Source: Octopus sinensis
Lineage: Eukaryota
Length of the DNA: 64,000 bases
Direction: 5' to 3'
Assembly (NCBI RefSeq): GCF_006345805.1
Contig: NC_043022.1
Location: forward strand, 16,802,001 to 16,866,000
Below the pieces are notes generated by a model that saw nothing but the letters and a program-made list of their open reading frames with translations, was not told where the DNA came from and did not search any database. A program made the position numbers and the translations under genes. Positions 21,794 through 36,158 of this stretch are shown in pieces. Numbering within the stretch: the first letter of the stretch is position 1; each line of letters begins with the position of its first letter.

Positions 21794-24082
21794 AATATTT
21801 TGTCCTGATTTTCCAGCGCTCCCCTGTTTAATTGGATCTTCCACAAAGTTCTCACTGTTCCTCCATAACCTGTCTCCTAGTTAACCACCACTAAAGGGCT
21901 CAGTTGTATAAAGGTCTCCTATCTAATGCACATGTTCACCCTCTCCCTCACCAATATTGGCCCCTTGCACTCAGTTCATCAGTTCTTTTCCTTCTCTTCT
22001 GATAAAGCTATTAAAAAAAATCATCTACACCCCAAAGTGTTAGAAAGAGGAATAACATAAGCTGGATGGTCTTGGTAGGACTGTCTTTGAGTGTCCTGAA
22101 GAAGTACATTTGTCTTCGTGGTTGATGTAGGAGCATTGTGTAATAAATAGCAGAGCTGGAATTCAAATTCTCTCTGATGGACGACTGGGAATAAAGTAGA
22201 TTATCTCCAATGGTATTATTATTATGTGTGACATCAGAAAAGCATTCCTCACAAAGTTACCGGAACAATTATTCCAAGAGTGTGTATGAGCAAGAGACCT
22301 GCATTAATGTAGGTGTTGAGTGGTGACACCTTTTTTGGCTGACACAACAGCGCAGTGAGTGACAGGTTCAAATCCTGTTGAGTCTGTAACCTACTTTTTT
22401 TTTTTTTTTTCTCATCTGCAGTCACTTCACTACCATTACTAAGAAAGGCATGCTCACCACAACTTCCCATTCCAGTCTCTTTCCCTCTTGATGATTCTTG
22501 ATATTTATGCATGTTTTATATTAAGATATCCTCTTTGATGCTACTTTTTTGCAGCATTTTGGGTCAGTTTACCAAACATTTGGAACTTCTGTCCATAAAT
22601 CCTTGGGAAACATAGCAGAAAATGTCACTGGCTTTTCTTGCAAAAATTTGTGCTGCTTGAGGACAGAAAGCATTGTTAAGCAGTTTACTTCACAACTGCC
22701 TGCTTCTGGGTTCGATCCTACTGCACAGCACTTTCTAGCAAACGTTTTCTCTTTAACCTTGGGTTGACCAAAGCCTTGTGAGTAGAAATTTGGTAGATGG
22801 ATTGCATGGAAGGACATTGGGTAGATTATCATCAGTTCAATATCTGGAGATATTGAATTCTTCACAAAAACAGTGGCAAACATTCCCTGCTTTCGGCTGT
22901 TCTGCCAACCACCAAAAACTCAGACTGGACCTGCCAGTCCCATCCATCCAACCAGCTATACTTCTTTTTAGTATCATTAAAAAGGGACCAGAATTTTCGA
23001 TATTTTTTCTCAACAAAATATCTGTCATAGTTGTTGATTGAGCAGACATTTGCATATTACTTGGTAACCCCCTTTAATATCTGTATATTGCGGGGTGGGA
23101 GCACACTGTAAAGGTTGACATTAAGAAGGGCAACCAGTCATAGAAAGCCTGCAAAAGCTGATATTGACCCACAATGCAGACTTGTAGCTCATCGTATCCT
23201 ATCCAACCCATGCCAGCATAGAAAACCAGCATTAAATGACGATGACGATCCCATCTCTGCTTTTTATTTCTTTTAGGATTAGTATATCTTGGACTACATT
23301 ACCTGATGTGTCCTTCCTTTGTAAAGATGTTACAGTATGATTTGACTGATGTTTCTAGCAGACCAAATAAAAGTGTAGAAACTGTTACATCCATTTCTAA
23401 ACATCTTTAATGAAGGATTTTGACTTAATTATTAATTCTAATGAACTGTTATTGTTTATCTTTTTACTTGTTTCAATCATTTGACTGTGACCATGCTGGG
23501 GCACCACCTTGGAGAATTATTAGTCAATGAATCAACACCGCCCACAGCCAGTCCTTTTTTTAAAGCCTAATGCTTATTCTATCAGTCTCTTTTGCCAAAC
23601 TGCTAAGTTATGGGGATGTAAACACACCAAGACTGATTGTTAAGTGGTAAAGGGCAACACAGACACACTCACATACAAAATGTGCTTCTTTCAGTTTCTG
23701 TCTACTAAATTCACTCTGAAGGCTTGAGTCAGCCCAGGGCTATAGTAGAAAACACTTGCCCAAGGTGCCATGCAGTGGCACTGAACCAAGAACCATGTGG
23801 TTGAGAAACAAGTTTCTTACCAGACAGCCACACCTGTGTCAATTAATTGTTTTCCTTTTCTAAAATTATTGAAAAATATGAACTTTACAAAAATAAATGT
23901 TTTCTCCACTTCTTCATTTTAGCTTTTCATGTTTTTTTTTTTTTTTTGCTTTTAATAATTTTTTTTTTCTATTTTACATCAATATCCAATATTTATTGGT
24001 GTTTTTTGCAATAGATTTTGGGCAGTTTTTTTCCGCGCCTCCTTGTTATATAATCGTTTTTGTATTGTTTCTGATTCTTCAG

Positions 24083-24290
24083 TTCACCATCCGACCTAAA
24101 CAACGGAGAAGTCCAAACTGCCGACGGTGATGTAGTCGATGTTGATGTGAGTCCCTTGACGTCAGACATCGAGGGTCAGACAGAGGAACCGAAGGCCCAT
24201 GTGTTAGCAACGTCTGAAGAGAGAGATCAAACTACAGCCTGTACCAGCACCAGCACCACCAACACCAACACCACCTCCACGACAACTTGA
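24083..24290 (+). CDS. CAMTA: Putative CAMTA terminal coding exon: SPSDLNNGEVQTADGDVVDVDVSPLTSDIEGQTEEPKAH...TTSTTT*
   Basis: GATTCTTCAG acceptor. A phase-2 entry gives 68 sense codons then TGA at 24288-24290. GC/CpG-richer than its flanks and followed by UTR-like sequence. Confidence 0.6.
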
Positions 24291-24757
24291 AGGACTTGAG
24301 GTGACCTGTAAAGTCTGCAGTGTGTACATAACTTAAACGAGAAGAAGAAGAAGAAGAAGAGGCGGAGGAAGAAGAAGAAGAAGAGGCAGAGGAGGGGGGA
24401 GGAAGAGCGAAGAGCAAGAAAGAGAGATGAAGAAGAAACAGAGAGAAGAGTGAAAGGATGAGGAAGACAACAATAAATAGGCAGAAAAAAAAGACGGAAT
24501 TGATGAGAAACGCAGCCAATTTCAGACAAGAATCAGATGATACACTCACATATATATATATATGGGTGTGTATATGTGTGTGTGTATATATGTGTGTGTG
24601 TGTGTATGTGTTTTGTGTGCATGCATGCACACATACACAAATACACACACATATGTATACACATTTATTCATATGAATACATACACACTTGTACATAGCT
24701 ACAGAAAACATAGCAACTGGTGAAGTTTGTTTTGGCCATTGACTTACACACACACAT

Positions 24758-24799
<42 letters not shown>

Positions 24800-24979
24800 A
24801 TACACACACATACTCTCTCTCTCTTTCTCTCTCCCCTTTTCCTTCTCTGCCTCGCTTTCTCTCCTGCTTGTTCTGCATTTTGTCGTTCTTATTAGCTGTT
24901 TCGGCGGCAGAAACTGTAGCTATATTGGCAACAAATGAAACTACTTCAAAGAAAACAAAGCAAGACAAAAAACAAGAAC

Positions 24980-25018
<39 letters not shown>

Positions 25019-25910
25019 TGATGATATGGCTACAACAAAAAAAAAAGGGAGAAAAAGCATCTTTGTAATGAGAAATGTAAGATAAACACAACATCCTGTC
25101 TCATAATTCACCGTTTTTACATTTTATATGAGAGGCCCAGGGCATTATATAATAATATTAATAATAATGAAAATATATGTGTATCAGTTGTGCTGGATTA
25201 AGATGTAAAACCAAGGGTCTCTGCAATGGGGAGACTTATGATAAAAAAGGAATTCAACTAGTGGAAAAGGGCAAGGTGGAATGGGGGTGGGGGGTGAGGT
25301 AATTTCTTACCTCTCCCCCACCCTTGATTAACCCACCCCCCTCGCTCTCTGTCTCTTCATTTTCTGTTGTTGTTTTTTTTTTATTACTGAAGAAAAGAAA
25401 GAAAAATGGAAAAAAGGACATTTTCCCTGAAAAACTCACTTTCTGTTGTTTTTTTTTTGTTTTTTTTACCCAAGTTTCCAAGAAGAAGAAGACTCAGTCT
25501 CATGTTTCTAAGGCGTAACTATGGTGCTATGCAAACATAGCAACAAAGAACTTCTTTTTTTTTTTTTTTTTTTTTCTCTTTTGGTTTTTTAAGCAACAAC
25601 CATATTTCGGTGTGGGGTACAGGGGTGGGGCAGGTGGGCAATTTTTTTGTTGTTGTTGTTATTATTATTATTGTTGTTGCTTGTTTGTTTTTTTTTTATT
25701 GATATTATTAAATCATCACCACCATCATCATCAACATCATCATCACCCTGATCGTTATTATTATATTTATTCTAATTGTATTTATCGCCAGGGTTTTCTT
25801 TGCCTTTCATCCTTACAGGGTTGATAAAATAAGCGCCATTACAATAACTGGGGTCACTAGCCCCACACTTTACAAAAAAGAGCCTTGTGCCTAGTCAAAA
25901 GGAATTATTA

Positions 25911-25959
<49 letters not shown>

Positions 25960-26021
25960 CATTTAGCATCAGAACACATCTACATTGAAATCTCTTTCAA
26001 AATGAATTTCATTTGAATAAA
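24291..26021 (+). other. Probable CAMTA 3' UTR (may extend further)
   Basis: Follows the putative stop. Contains U-rich tracts and AATAAA at 24472-24477 and 26016-26021. The true end cannot be fixed from sequence alone. Confidence 0.35.
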
Positions 26022-27794
26022 GAGGAAAAAAGAAAAATGCATGAATGCAAAAAAAAAAAAGGAAAAAAGAAAAAGAGACGAAGAGCATATTTTTTAATTT
26101 TTTGCATTTTTTATTGTCATTTTTTTTTTAATTTGTTTATTTATTTTTTCATGTTACTAATTAAATGATCAATTTGATAAACTAAACTTTCTAAAAAAAA
26201 TTCACAAAATTTGTTACATACAAGAGACAGTTTGCATTTAATCACAGAACACAACAAACGGGGACTGGCAAGCGTTGTTGCCAGGTTTCCTCTCCCTATT
26301 ATTACATATCATTCTTGTTGGCATTTTTTTCCTCCCCCTTTTTGTACCTTGATGACAAGAAGACAAAGAAACCCACAAATGTAAATCCTTAAAAAGGATG
26401 TTTGATATGAATTATGATGTTAATTACCAACTGACGTCGTTAATCATCAGACAGAGAGAAAAAAAACCTAATTGCAAAAGAAAGATGTTCTTAACAGATT
26501 TACATTTCATTGGCAAATCGATTTCAGATTGATTGGGTATTGAACCAGGGAAATTGTGATGTTGTGTCATTCATACTTTCCCTTCCTAGCAAGGATTAAA
26601 TGGGACATGAGTGTAACATTCCTGAGTGTGGATTAAAGCTAGATTCTAGATTCGGATTATCAGAATCTAAGATTTAGTTTTAGTTGTAATACAGATGAGG
26701 ATTAAATTGAATGACTTTCAAAGTGATTAATTAAAATGTTTAATTATAAAAGCTAATTGACCCTGTGTTTCCTGGCAGTAATTGGAGCACGGCATTTCAG
26801 AAACAATGCTAGAAGTCAAAGATGGTGGTCGATACAGAAATTATTGAGGGAGACTATTCTAGAAGGAAATCTAAAGAGGAGACTTAGTGTAGTTATTGAG
26901 GAAATAATATTTGGAAATTGTTAAATGAAGTGACTGAGACAATATTGGTTTGTTGTAGAATGATAGCATTGGGGTGACTTGATGAAATGCTCCTGCCTGG
27001 GCAGTACTCTGGTGTCAAGTAATTCCTATGACTTCACCTCCTTCTATATAATTTACTTATTTTCTTCTATTTAATCTTGTATTGATGAAATTTATCAGAA
27101 AAATATTCAAGCTTGCACCCTAGCTTCTATTCGTTGCTTAACTTGCCAGAAATAGCAGCCAAATCTTCCTCAAATTACGCCCTTTTACAAAATGCTGGAT
27201 ACATTGGATAATGTAGTCCTAGATACACTCTACCTTTAAACAGAAGAGTGACAGTATGTGGTTATAGATCTACTTGGTTAAAGTTGACTTATGACTAATC
27301 AACAACCTGGGTGATTGGTTATAGACTGAAATTTATCAGAGTCAGGTATCTGGTTGGAGGATATCTTCTTCCCACCACCACATTCCAGTCTTGGAAACCC
27401 CAATAAAGGGGTCATACTTAACTGCTTTTCCTCTTCTCTAAAACATAAATATGGAATCAGATTAAGTTTCTCGTTACTGAGAACATTCAACATGGAAAAG
27501 TTCTAATTAGACTTTGCATTTCCTAAACTCAGTCCATATTGTTTAATTACTCGAAATATGCTAGTTAATTATACTAAATATTGTACAATTAATGACCATA
27601 TTTCCAGTAATTAAGCAATATCTTTGAACAACAGTTTCTAAATTAGAATTTTTCAAACAGAAACAGTAAAATATCTTTTTGCCATGAAATGGATTCTGTT
27701 TTGAAATTATCTGCTCTCAACGTGTAACCTGATACCTTTCTAGGATCAGAAATAGCCTTGCTTATTATTGTTGTCATCACCATCATCATCATCA

Positions 27795-27835
<41 letters not shown>

Positions 27836-28055
27836 TAAGACGGCAGGCTGACAGAATCGTTACTGCGGCAGGCAAAATTCTAAGCATTTCAACTGTCTTT
27901 ACATTTTGAGTTCAAATTCCACCAAGGTCAACTTTGCCTTTCATCTTTTAAGGGTTGAGAAAATAAGTACCAGTCAAACACTGGGGGGTCAGTATGATTG
28001 ACTTAGTCCCCCACCCACCCGAAATTGCTGGCCTTGTGCCAAAATTTGAAGCCAT
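27836..28055 (+). mobile_element. Short SINE flanked by (TTA)n on both sides
   Basis: Consensus match; ATT repeats 5' and 3'. Confidence 0.85.
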
Positions 28056-28918
28056 TATTATTATTGTTATTGCTGTTATTATTATTACCATTATTATTAT
28101 TATTATATTAATTCGCTCCCAGAAGATTGAAAGGCAAAGATAGTCTGAGCAGTTCAAAGCCCACCAAGAGCAACAATGCTTTTGAAGCCTTCCAGGGTCG
28201 AAAAAAAACATAAATAGAACCAGTTACATGCTGGGGGTTGATAAAATCAGCTGTTCTCTTTCTGGCATGTTAGAAATTATCGCCATAATCACCATCCTCA
28301 TTCTCATTAATATTATCATTATTATCATCATTATTATTATTATTATGTTTCTGTTTAAAATAGCCTTTCTGGAAATTATTGGAGCATGGCTAAAATGCTA
28401 GTCGCACCATAATTTTAATATAAGTTTCTACTGCGTGAGTGTCTGAGCGTATTTATTTCTGCCTGTGTTTCAATTTGGATGAATGTTTAAAAGCAGGAAG
28501 GATAACTTTTTCTTTTCCCTTTTTTTTCTGTTTGTATTTATTTTTTTTCTTTCCATAATTGTACAGGTTAAAATGGCGTCTAGATCTGACACGTGCAAAA
28601 ATACAGAAAAATATGGAAAAAAAAAATTGAATGTGTAAGAGTGCTCTCCCTTGTAAAATTTTGTTATGAGAGTTACTTCCCTTACATTTGTTTCTTTTTT
28701 TGTTTGTTTGCTGAAATTTCATGTTTATTAAATTTTTTTTTTTTTCCTTTTTTTGTGTAATTTAAAAATTGAATTTATTTAAACACTTTCACCTAATGTT
28801 GTACACATTCACTTCAGTCGGATCAATAATTTTAAATATTGTTTTTAATCAATGAGTCATAATTCAGTATGGCTTTTCCCCATCGATTTTGCAGTAATTA
28901 TAAACAATGAGAACAAAG

Positions 28919-28952
<34 letters not shown>

Positions 28953-28974
28953 TATTATTATTATTATCATTATT

Positions 28975-29375
28975 AAGGCGGCGGGCCAGCAGAATCGTTA
29001 GCACGCCAGGGAAAAATACTTAGCGTGTGAGCGTCAAACAAAATGCGCTTTGGACATTTATTCTGGCCCTTTTTTGCCCTCAATTCAAATCTCACAGAAA
29101 TCAACTTTGCCTTTCATTCTTTTGGTTGGGATAAATGAAATGAAGTACCAGTCGAGTACAGAGGTCGATGGTTGTTGTCTTAGCACGACAAGCGAAATGC
29201 TTCACGGCATTTTGTCCATCTCTACTTTTCTGAGTTCGAATTCCACTGAGGTCGACTTTGCTTTTCGTCCTTTCAGGGGTTGATAAAATAAGTACCAGTT
29301 ATGCACTGGGGTCGATGTCATCAACTAGTCCCCTCCCCCACAAATTTCAGGCCTTGTTCCTATAGTAGAAAGGAC

Positions 29376-29376
<1 letters not shown>
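28975..29376 (+). mobile_element. Dimeric short SINE within (TTA)n
   Basis: Two successive head-core units and a single tail; (TTA)n at 28921-28974 and 29377-29408. Confidence 0.75.
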
Positions 29377-29409
<33 letters not shown>

Positions 29410-30595
29410 CACGTTGCACAGTATACAATATCATGAGGGGGGGGCTAGCCCTATTCGTCAAGTCACAACAAGGACCCCAGACAGACAGTACTTCATGCAA
29501 TACGCATTCAGTTCCAAGTAATGCTGACTTTTGCAATACATCTAGATTGTAGGGTGTTTTTATTATTATTATTATTATTACAGCAGAGGAATTAACTAAA
29601 ATAAAAAATACCTTCTATTTAGTTAAATCCCTTTCCTTTCAAGTATTCTTGCTGTTGCAATAATAATTCTGTCCTGTAGAAGAATGGAGAATTAAAGATC
29701 TTCGAAATGTATTTATTAAAGCATTATTTTCATTTCAATTCCAATCCAGCACATGTTTCTACTGGACAATTATCCTCTGATGAAAATAATTCTTTAGTAA
29801 CCAAATTTTCTTTCCGATGTCTTCATGATAGACTCTGCTCTCCAAAATCCAGTGAAGCAAACTCAGAAGATACCTATTGAGTGAAGGTGCTGTGTAATTA
29901 TTTATCACAAACGATTGCATGTTCGTTATTCAATGCGTGCTTAGCCAAATCTGGATTATATCAGAGTACTAAGAAGGTACTTGGCTGGATTCCAAATTCC
30001 TATTCCTTTACATTAGGTATGAATGCATGTGTGTGTATGTATGTATGTACGTATGTATGTATACACACACACACACACACAGAAAGGTATATCAAATACC
30101 ATACAACATACATCGTTTGATTTCTTGCAGTTATCTCTGCCTCTAACGAATGTTTCACCGTTACCACTTTCGCTAAGTAAATCAATTACCCCACCCTCCC
30201 CAGATTCCAGCCTTGTGCTGTTCTGTGGGGTGTTGACATCATCATCATTATTATTGTTATCATAGCTCTGTTATCGTTTGTTATGATGATGATGATGATG
30301 AGGATGATAGTACAGTGTTTCATAACTTGATAACATTTCACTTGGCAAAAGGTTTTTCTGAAGTGATCATTGTTCCTTATTTGACATACATAAAGTGACA
30401 TTTTTATAAAAACATTTTGTGAGTACATGTATCATGGGGGTGGGGGTCAGGGATTTATATGTGTGTGTGTGTATATTTATGTCTGTATGTGTATATATAT
30501 TCATATATATATGTGTATATATATCTAAGTGCATATGTATCAGAAGAATGAGATTAAAAGATACTCTCTCTCTCTCTCTCTCACTCTATATATAT

Positions 30596-30627
<32 letters not shown>

Positions 30628-32150
30628 AATATACATATATATATATATATTTGTTGTCTTACCAACATTGTAAATAACATTTTCGTCAAATTCTCTGCCT
30701 TGTTTTACTTTTTTAGGGATATTTCTCTTCTATCTCTCATTTAGACGTCTATTTCACATAAATGTACAAATACACACACACACACACATATATGCATTTG
30801 TGTATGTATGTGTACACACACACAGAGGTTGTGTGTGTGTGTTTGTGCCAAGCTTCTGCTCTTGTACTTTTGCCCTTTCCCTGCCATCTTTCCAATCCCC
30901 ATCAGCCAGTTCTCGATCTGCCGCTTGCCAATCTCAATGCCTCTTACAACAACTCAACAACGACATTCAAATTCTAAATCAAACCCAAATATTCACAGGA
31001 GACACTTCTATCCGTGCATGCTTTCAGAGCTTTCATTGTTATACAAATTACGGTGATTACGAAATGAATTCACCAATTAAATCCAATACCTGTATCACAC
31101 ATGCAAACATATATATAAAATGTACAGTTACATATACACTATACACATATGACACCCACACATACTATACTCTGAAAGAGAGGGAGAGGAAAAAGAAAGA
31201 AAGAGGTATGTGATCAACAATATTCAGAAATCAGAATAGCAACAATGTGTAATTTAACCATTATGGATAATTACACTGTACTTGTACCTCTGTATTGAGT
31301 ACATTTCCTCTTTTTTGTAAATTTCAAACACATCGTTCATGTGTATGTGAGTGAGTGTTTGTAATATGTGTGTGTTTATTTTCCCAATTAATCTTTAATG
31401 CACACATACTTAATTAAAAACCAATCAAAGCTGAACTGAACCGACCCAATTATATTCCCAAACAGCTCTTATAACTTTCTCTATTCCACTCAACCATTTT
31501 CTCGGGGCTGTTCCTCTGATGCAAAACCCTTTTCTTATTCCCAGAAATCTCTTCAGCCTTTACCATTTTTACTTCTTCCAAACACTTGAAGAATCCGTTC
31601 AGTTGCACTGATTCTCAAAAAAGAGAAAATATTAAACTTTAGAGAAATGAAAGAAGAGGCAATAAACAAACAGATCTGGGTTTTTTTAGGAAAATATCAT
31701 TTAATCTTGATAAATTGTTTCTTGTTTTTGGTGGTTGCTTTTTTTCTTTTAAATTTAGATTTCTTCATAGTTTTAAATGTGGGGAACCATTTTGTTACAA
31801 ACTCAGTTCTGAGACCAACAGCAAAGTTCACACACATCATTTCTGGGTATTTATTTCCTCTACGTGTGTGTGTGTGTGTGTGTGAATGTGTGCGTTTAGC
31901 GTGCATGCTTTTGTGTGTATGTGTGTGTCTGTGTTTAGTTTGCATGCTTCTCTGTGTGTGTGTGTGTGTGTGGTGTGTGTGTGTGTGAATGTGTGCATTT
32001 AGCGTGCGTGCTTTTGTGTGTATGTGTGTGTCTGTGTTTAGTTTGCATGCTTCTGTGTGTGTGTGTGTGTATCTAGTTTGCATAGTCTTGTGTATATGTA
32101 CATGCATGCATGTGTGTTCATGTGTATGTATGTTTGACTTGCATGCTATT

Positions 32151-32188
<38 letters not shown>

Positions 32189-32384
32189 CCTAACATATTC
32201 TTCCATTCCAATAAAGCAATTTCTCCTTTCAAATCTACGTAATCCGCTCATTGTGTTTCATCTAAAATGGTTTCTGTTTCACATTTTATACTCTCAAAGC
32301 CTAACATCAGTTTTCTTTTTAATAGTCTTTCCTATGTGTCAATAGATTATGCAATAATTCCAGTGTCTGTTTCCATCCGTTAGG

Positions 32385-32419
32385 TACCCTATACCCTATA
32401 CCCTATACCCTATACCCTA
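32385..32419. repeat. (TACCCTA)~5 heptamer array
   Basis: Directly visible; the minus strand reads GGGTATA repeats. Confidence 0.9.
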
Positions 32420-32931
32420 CACTGTACCCTATACACTCATACGAGGCTTCACCACAGTCTACAGTTCTATACTTTGGTAATCAATTCAGTTTTTATGTTT
32501 CAACCAGGAAATGCTCAGAGACATTTTCCAAGCTACTACATGCCATGTGTGTGTGTGTGTGTGTGTGTGTTGTGTGTGTGTGTGTGTGTGTGTGTGTGTC
32601 TCTGTGTGTGTGTGTAGTGATACAGATAAACACAATTAGGTTTGACATACATACATACATACATATATATATATATAGAGAGAGAGAGAGACAGAGAGAG
32701 AGAGAAAGAGAGTGTGTGTATGACATGTGAGAAACTGCATACTTCTACTTCTGTCCAAAGTGCCCTTATGCTTAAGGCATGAACATCATCACATCACATT
32801 GGTTGCATTTCATTCCTCCCCTAAAATCCTTCTCGTTTCCTTCTGATTTTGTCAGAAAATATTCTTCTCTCGATCTTGTTTGAGTTTTTTTGTTTGTTTT
32901 TCTTTTCTTTTAGTGGAATTAGTCTGTGGTA

Positions 32932-32959
<28 letters not shown>

Positions 32960-32962
<3 letters not shown>

Positions 32963-33232
32963 GAAGATGCGTGGCAAAGTGGGTTAGGATGTTGCACTTC
33001 CAATCGGTAGATCACGAGTTCGATTCCCAGATCAGTGGCACATTGTATTCTTGAGCAAAACACTTCATTTCACATTGCTCCAGTCCACTCAGCTGTAAAA
33101 TGGATCACCCTCTGACGGACTAGTTTCCTGGTCAAGGTGACTGTTGGCATCATTTGGAAGCTAAAAACGATGCAAAGTGCATTGTGACCAGTGATGTATA
33201 ACAGCCTCTGATAATCCAGTCAATCGTGTGAT
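32960..33232 (+). mobile_element. tRNA-headed SINE with an RTE-LINE-derived 3' tail
   Basis: Head GTGGCAAAGTGGGTTAGG...GAGTTCGATTCC; middle CTTGAGCAAAACACTTCATTTCACATTGCTCCAGTCCACTCAGCTG; tail matches the RTE ends at 43288 and 62801. Partial minus copies at ~38480-38600 and ~48090-48195. Confidence 0.75.
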
Positions 33233-34025
33233 GTGTATGTGTGTATAAAAATGTGTATATATTTACACACGTGTGTATTTATGTGTATATAATGTTTCTG
33301 TATTTACACACAGAAACATACAATTATCAATTTTGATATCAAAAGCAATGAAGAATGTGCAGGAGATGCATTTTGGATGCATGATGCATTGATAATGGTG
33401 CACCATTCTTACATTTTCTATCAAATCCCAGATCAGCACTAACAGCATTTGTCTCCTTTCATTGTTAAAATACTTTCATAAATATTTATTGCGTATTTTT
33501 TTAGTTTTCACTTTAAAAAGAAAGAGTTAAAAAGAAGAAATTTCCATTTTCCTTTACTGTTATTTTTACTATCATTATTATTATTATCATTATTATTATT
33601 ATGGCAGTGAGTTGGCAGGACCATTAGTATGTTGGACGAAATGCATAATGAGGTTTCGTTTGAATTTTGTGATCTGAGCTCAAATTCTGCTGAGATTGAC
33701 TTTGCCCCCACCGTGCCCCCTCTTTACGGGGGTTGCTAAAATAAATACTAGTAAAGCACCGGGGCTGTTGTAAGGAATCTCACCACCACCACCACCTGGC
33801 CCTGTGCCAAAATCCAAAATATTATTGTTATTATTATTATTAAATAACTTGGCATTTCATATGTTGTTGTTGTTGTTGATATTGCTGGTGTTGTCAGCTA
33901 TTATCATATTACGACAGAATCACAGAGATATCTGGGGATTTTCTGCCAACTTTTGCTCCCTGTTATCAACTTTCTAACCAAAACAGGAAAGAGAAACCAC
34001 ACATAGACAGATGCCTAGCTACATG

Positions 34026-34123
<98 letters not shown>

Positions 34124-34411
34124 GTAGGGTGTTTACTGCTTGTGTATGGGTGGGAAGGGGCTGTTTACAAAAGAAACACTTCACAAATATGTTTGTTTTA
34201 TTTCCCTGGTTTTTGCACCTGTTTTTTTTGTTGTTTTGTTTCCTATATTTCTGCATTGAAACAAATAATTACAATGGTTGTTTATTAAACATTCCTCGAC
34301 ACAACAAACATGTGGTGTGTGTGTGTATGTGTGCATCTATATATGTGTGTGTGCACATGCACACGTGTCTATGTATATATGTGTGTGTGTATGTATGTAT
34401 ATGTATGTATC

Positions 34412-34615
34412 GAGCTGGCAGAACCGTTAGCGCTCCGGGCGAAATGTTTAGCAGTATTTCGTTTGGCTTTACGTTCTGAGTTCAAATTCCGCCGAGGTCG
34501 ACTTTGCTTTTCATCCTTTCCAGGATGCACTGGGGTCGATCTAATCGACTTAATCCCTTTGTCTGTCCTTGTTTGTCCCCTCTATGTTTAACCCCCTGTG
34601 GGCAGTAAAGAAATA
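34412..34615 (+). mobile_element. Short SINE of the alternative-tail subfamily (...TGTCCTTGTTTGTCCCCTCT...GTAAAGAAATA)
   Basis: Same tail as the nested copy at 7789-8019, with an internal deletion of about 25 nt. Confidence 0.85.
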
Positions 34616-36075
34616 ATATATGTATATATATGTATGCATGTATGTATGTGTGTATGTGTGTGTGTTATTATTATTAGTTTTATCATAGAAGCTGATGAGG
34701 TGGCAGAACCATTAGCACGTCAGTCTAAATGTTTAACTGCATCTCCCCCATCTGTGCATTCTGAGTTCAAATCCTGCTGAGGTTGACTTACCCTATCATT
34801 CTTTTACGGTCAATGAAGTCAGTACCAGTTATGCACTGAGGTCAATGTAATTGACTAGCTCCTCCTTCCCCCCAAAGTTTCAAGCCTTGTGCCTATAATA
34901 GAAAGGTTTGGTTCTATATGTTCTCAGTTCAAATCTTGCTAAGGTAAAATATACTGTTCATCCCACTAGGGGGGTCTATACAATAGAAAACCAGTCAGGT
35001 CCAGGGGCTGGGTGATCAATGCACTACACCCCGCTCCTTTCTCCAAATCTCTCCCCTGTTACCTGTATTGTAAATTATTGAGTCACCTTATTGATTGATT
35101 GGCTGTGAATGTTATAGAAATGGTCTCAAGTTGGTTCAGATGCCATCGGGACTCAACTTTGCCCTCTCTCGTTTCACTTCATATTCTATGGGCATCAATT
35201 TTACTTTCATCTCTCAAGGCTCTTTAAAATAATAATAATAATAATAATAATAGGTGTTTTGGATTTGGGCCAGTAATTTTGGGGAAGGAAATAAGTGTCT
35301 TGTTCAAGGACACAAAGCATTGCTGAGAATTGAACACACAACCTTACCATCATGAAACAAACGCCCTAACCACTAAGCCACAGGCCTTCTCATTATTATT
35401 ATTATTATTATAGGGACTTAACAAATCGAGCAGACCCTTAAATTATAATACCTTTCAGTATTTAACTCCCTTCTGATTTCGATAGAATTTCTAGCATCGA
35501 ATCATGACTTTGCCTTTTGCCATTGTAGGATTCAGCAAAATAAACACCTGTATTAGACAGGTGTTGCATTAATTAACTACCTCTCAACACTCATCGTTAA
35601 CTATTAGCCATCTCTACTGAAACGATACTCTCCAAATCCTAAACATCCTTTCAATATATTTGGTGTCTCATATAGAAAATAGCAGAGACAATAAATGTGA
35701 ATGTGTGGAGTTCATGCCTTGTTCACTAGATTTGTAATGTAGAAATATAAGTAAGAAAAAAAAAACGTTCCTGACTCAGAATTGAAACTGCATCTCAAAT
35801 TCCACTTGCTACTGTTTTTCATGGGTCGAGGCATGTAGTATGTGACAGAGGCATCACTAAAGACTTCCTCTAGAATAGCTGACAGTGGATGAACCTTCTC
35901 TTGTACAGGATGAAGATGTCCCAAGGCACTGAAGGAAGGAAGGAATTAAGTGGTTGTTTGGTCTGCTAGAAATAGCAATTAAATCTCCCTCAAACTTCCA
36001 CACCTGATCATTTATGAAACGAAGGAAGGACATATTGACTGATGTAATGCCATCAGTGTGTGTCTATCCATGTTT

Positions 36076-36158
<83 letters not shown>

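Noticed and set aside
32960-33030. tRNA-like A/B boxes here and at other SINE heads
   Set aside because: No cloverleaf; they run directly into SINE bodies, so they are not tRNA genes.
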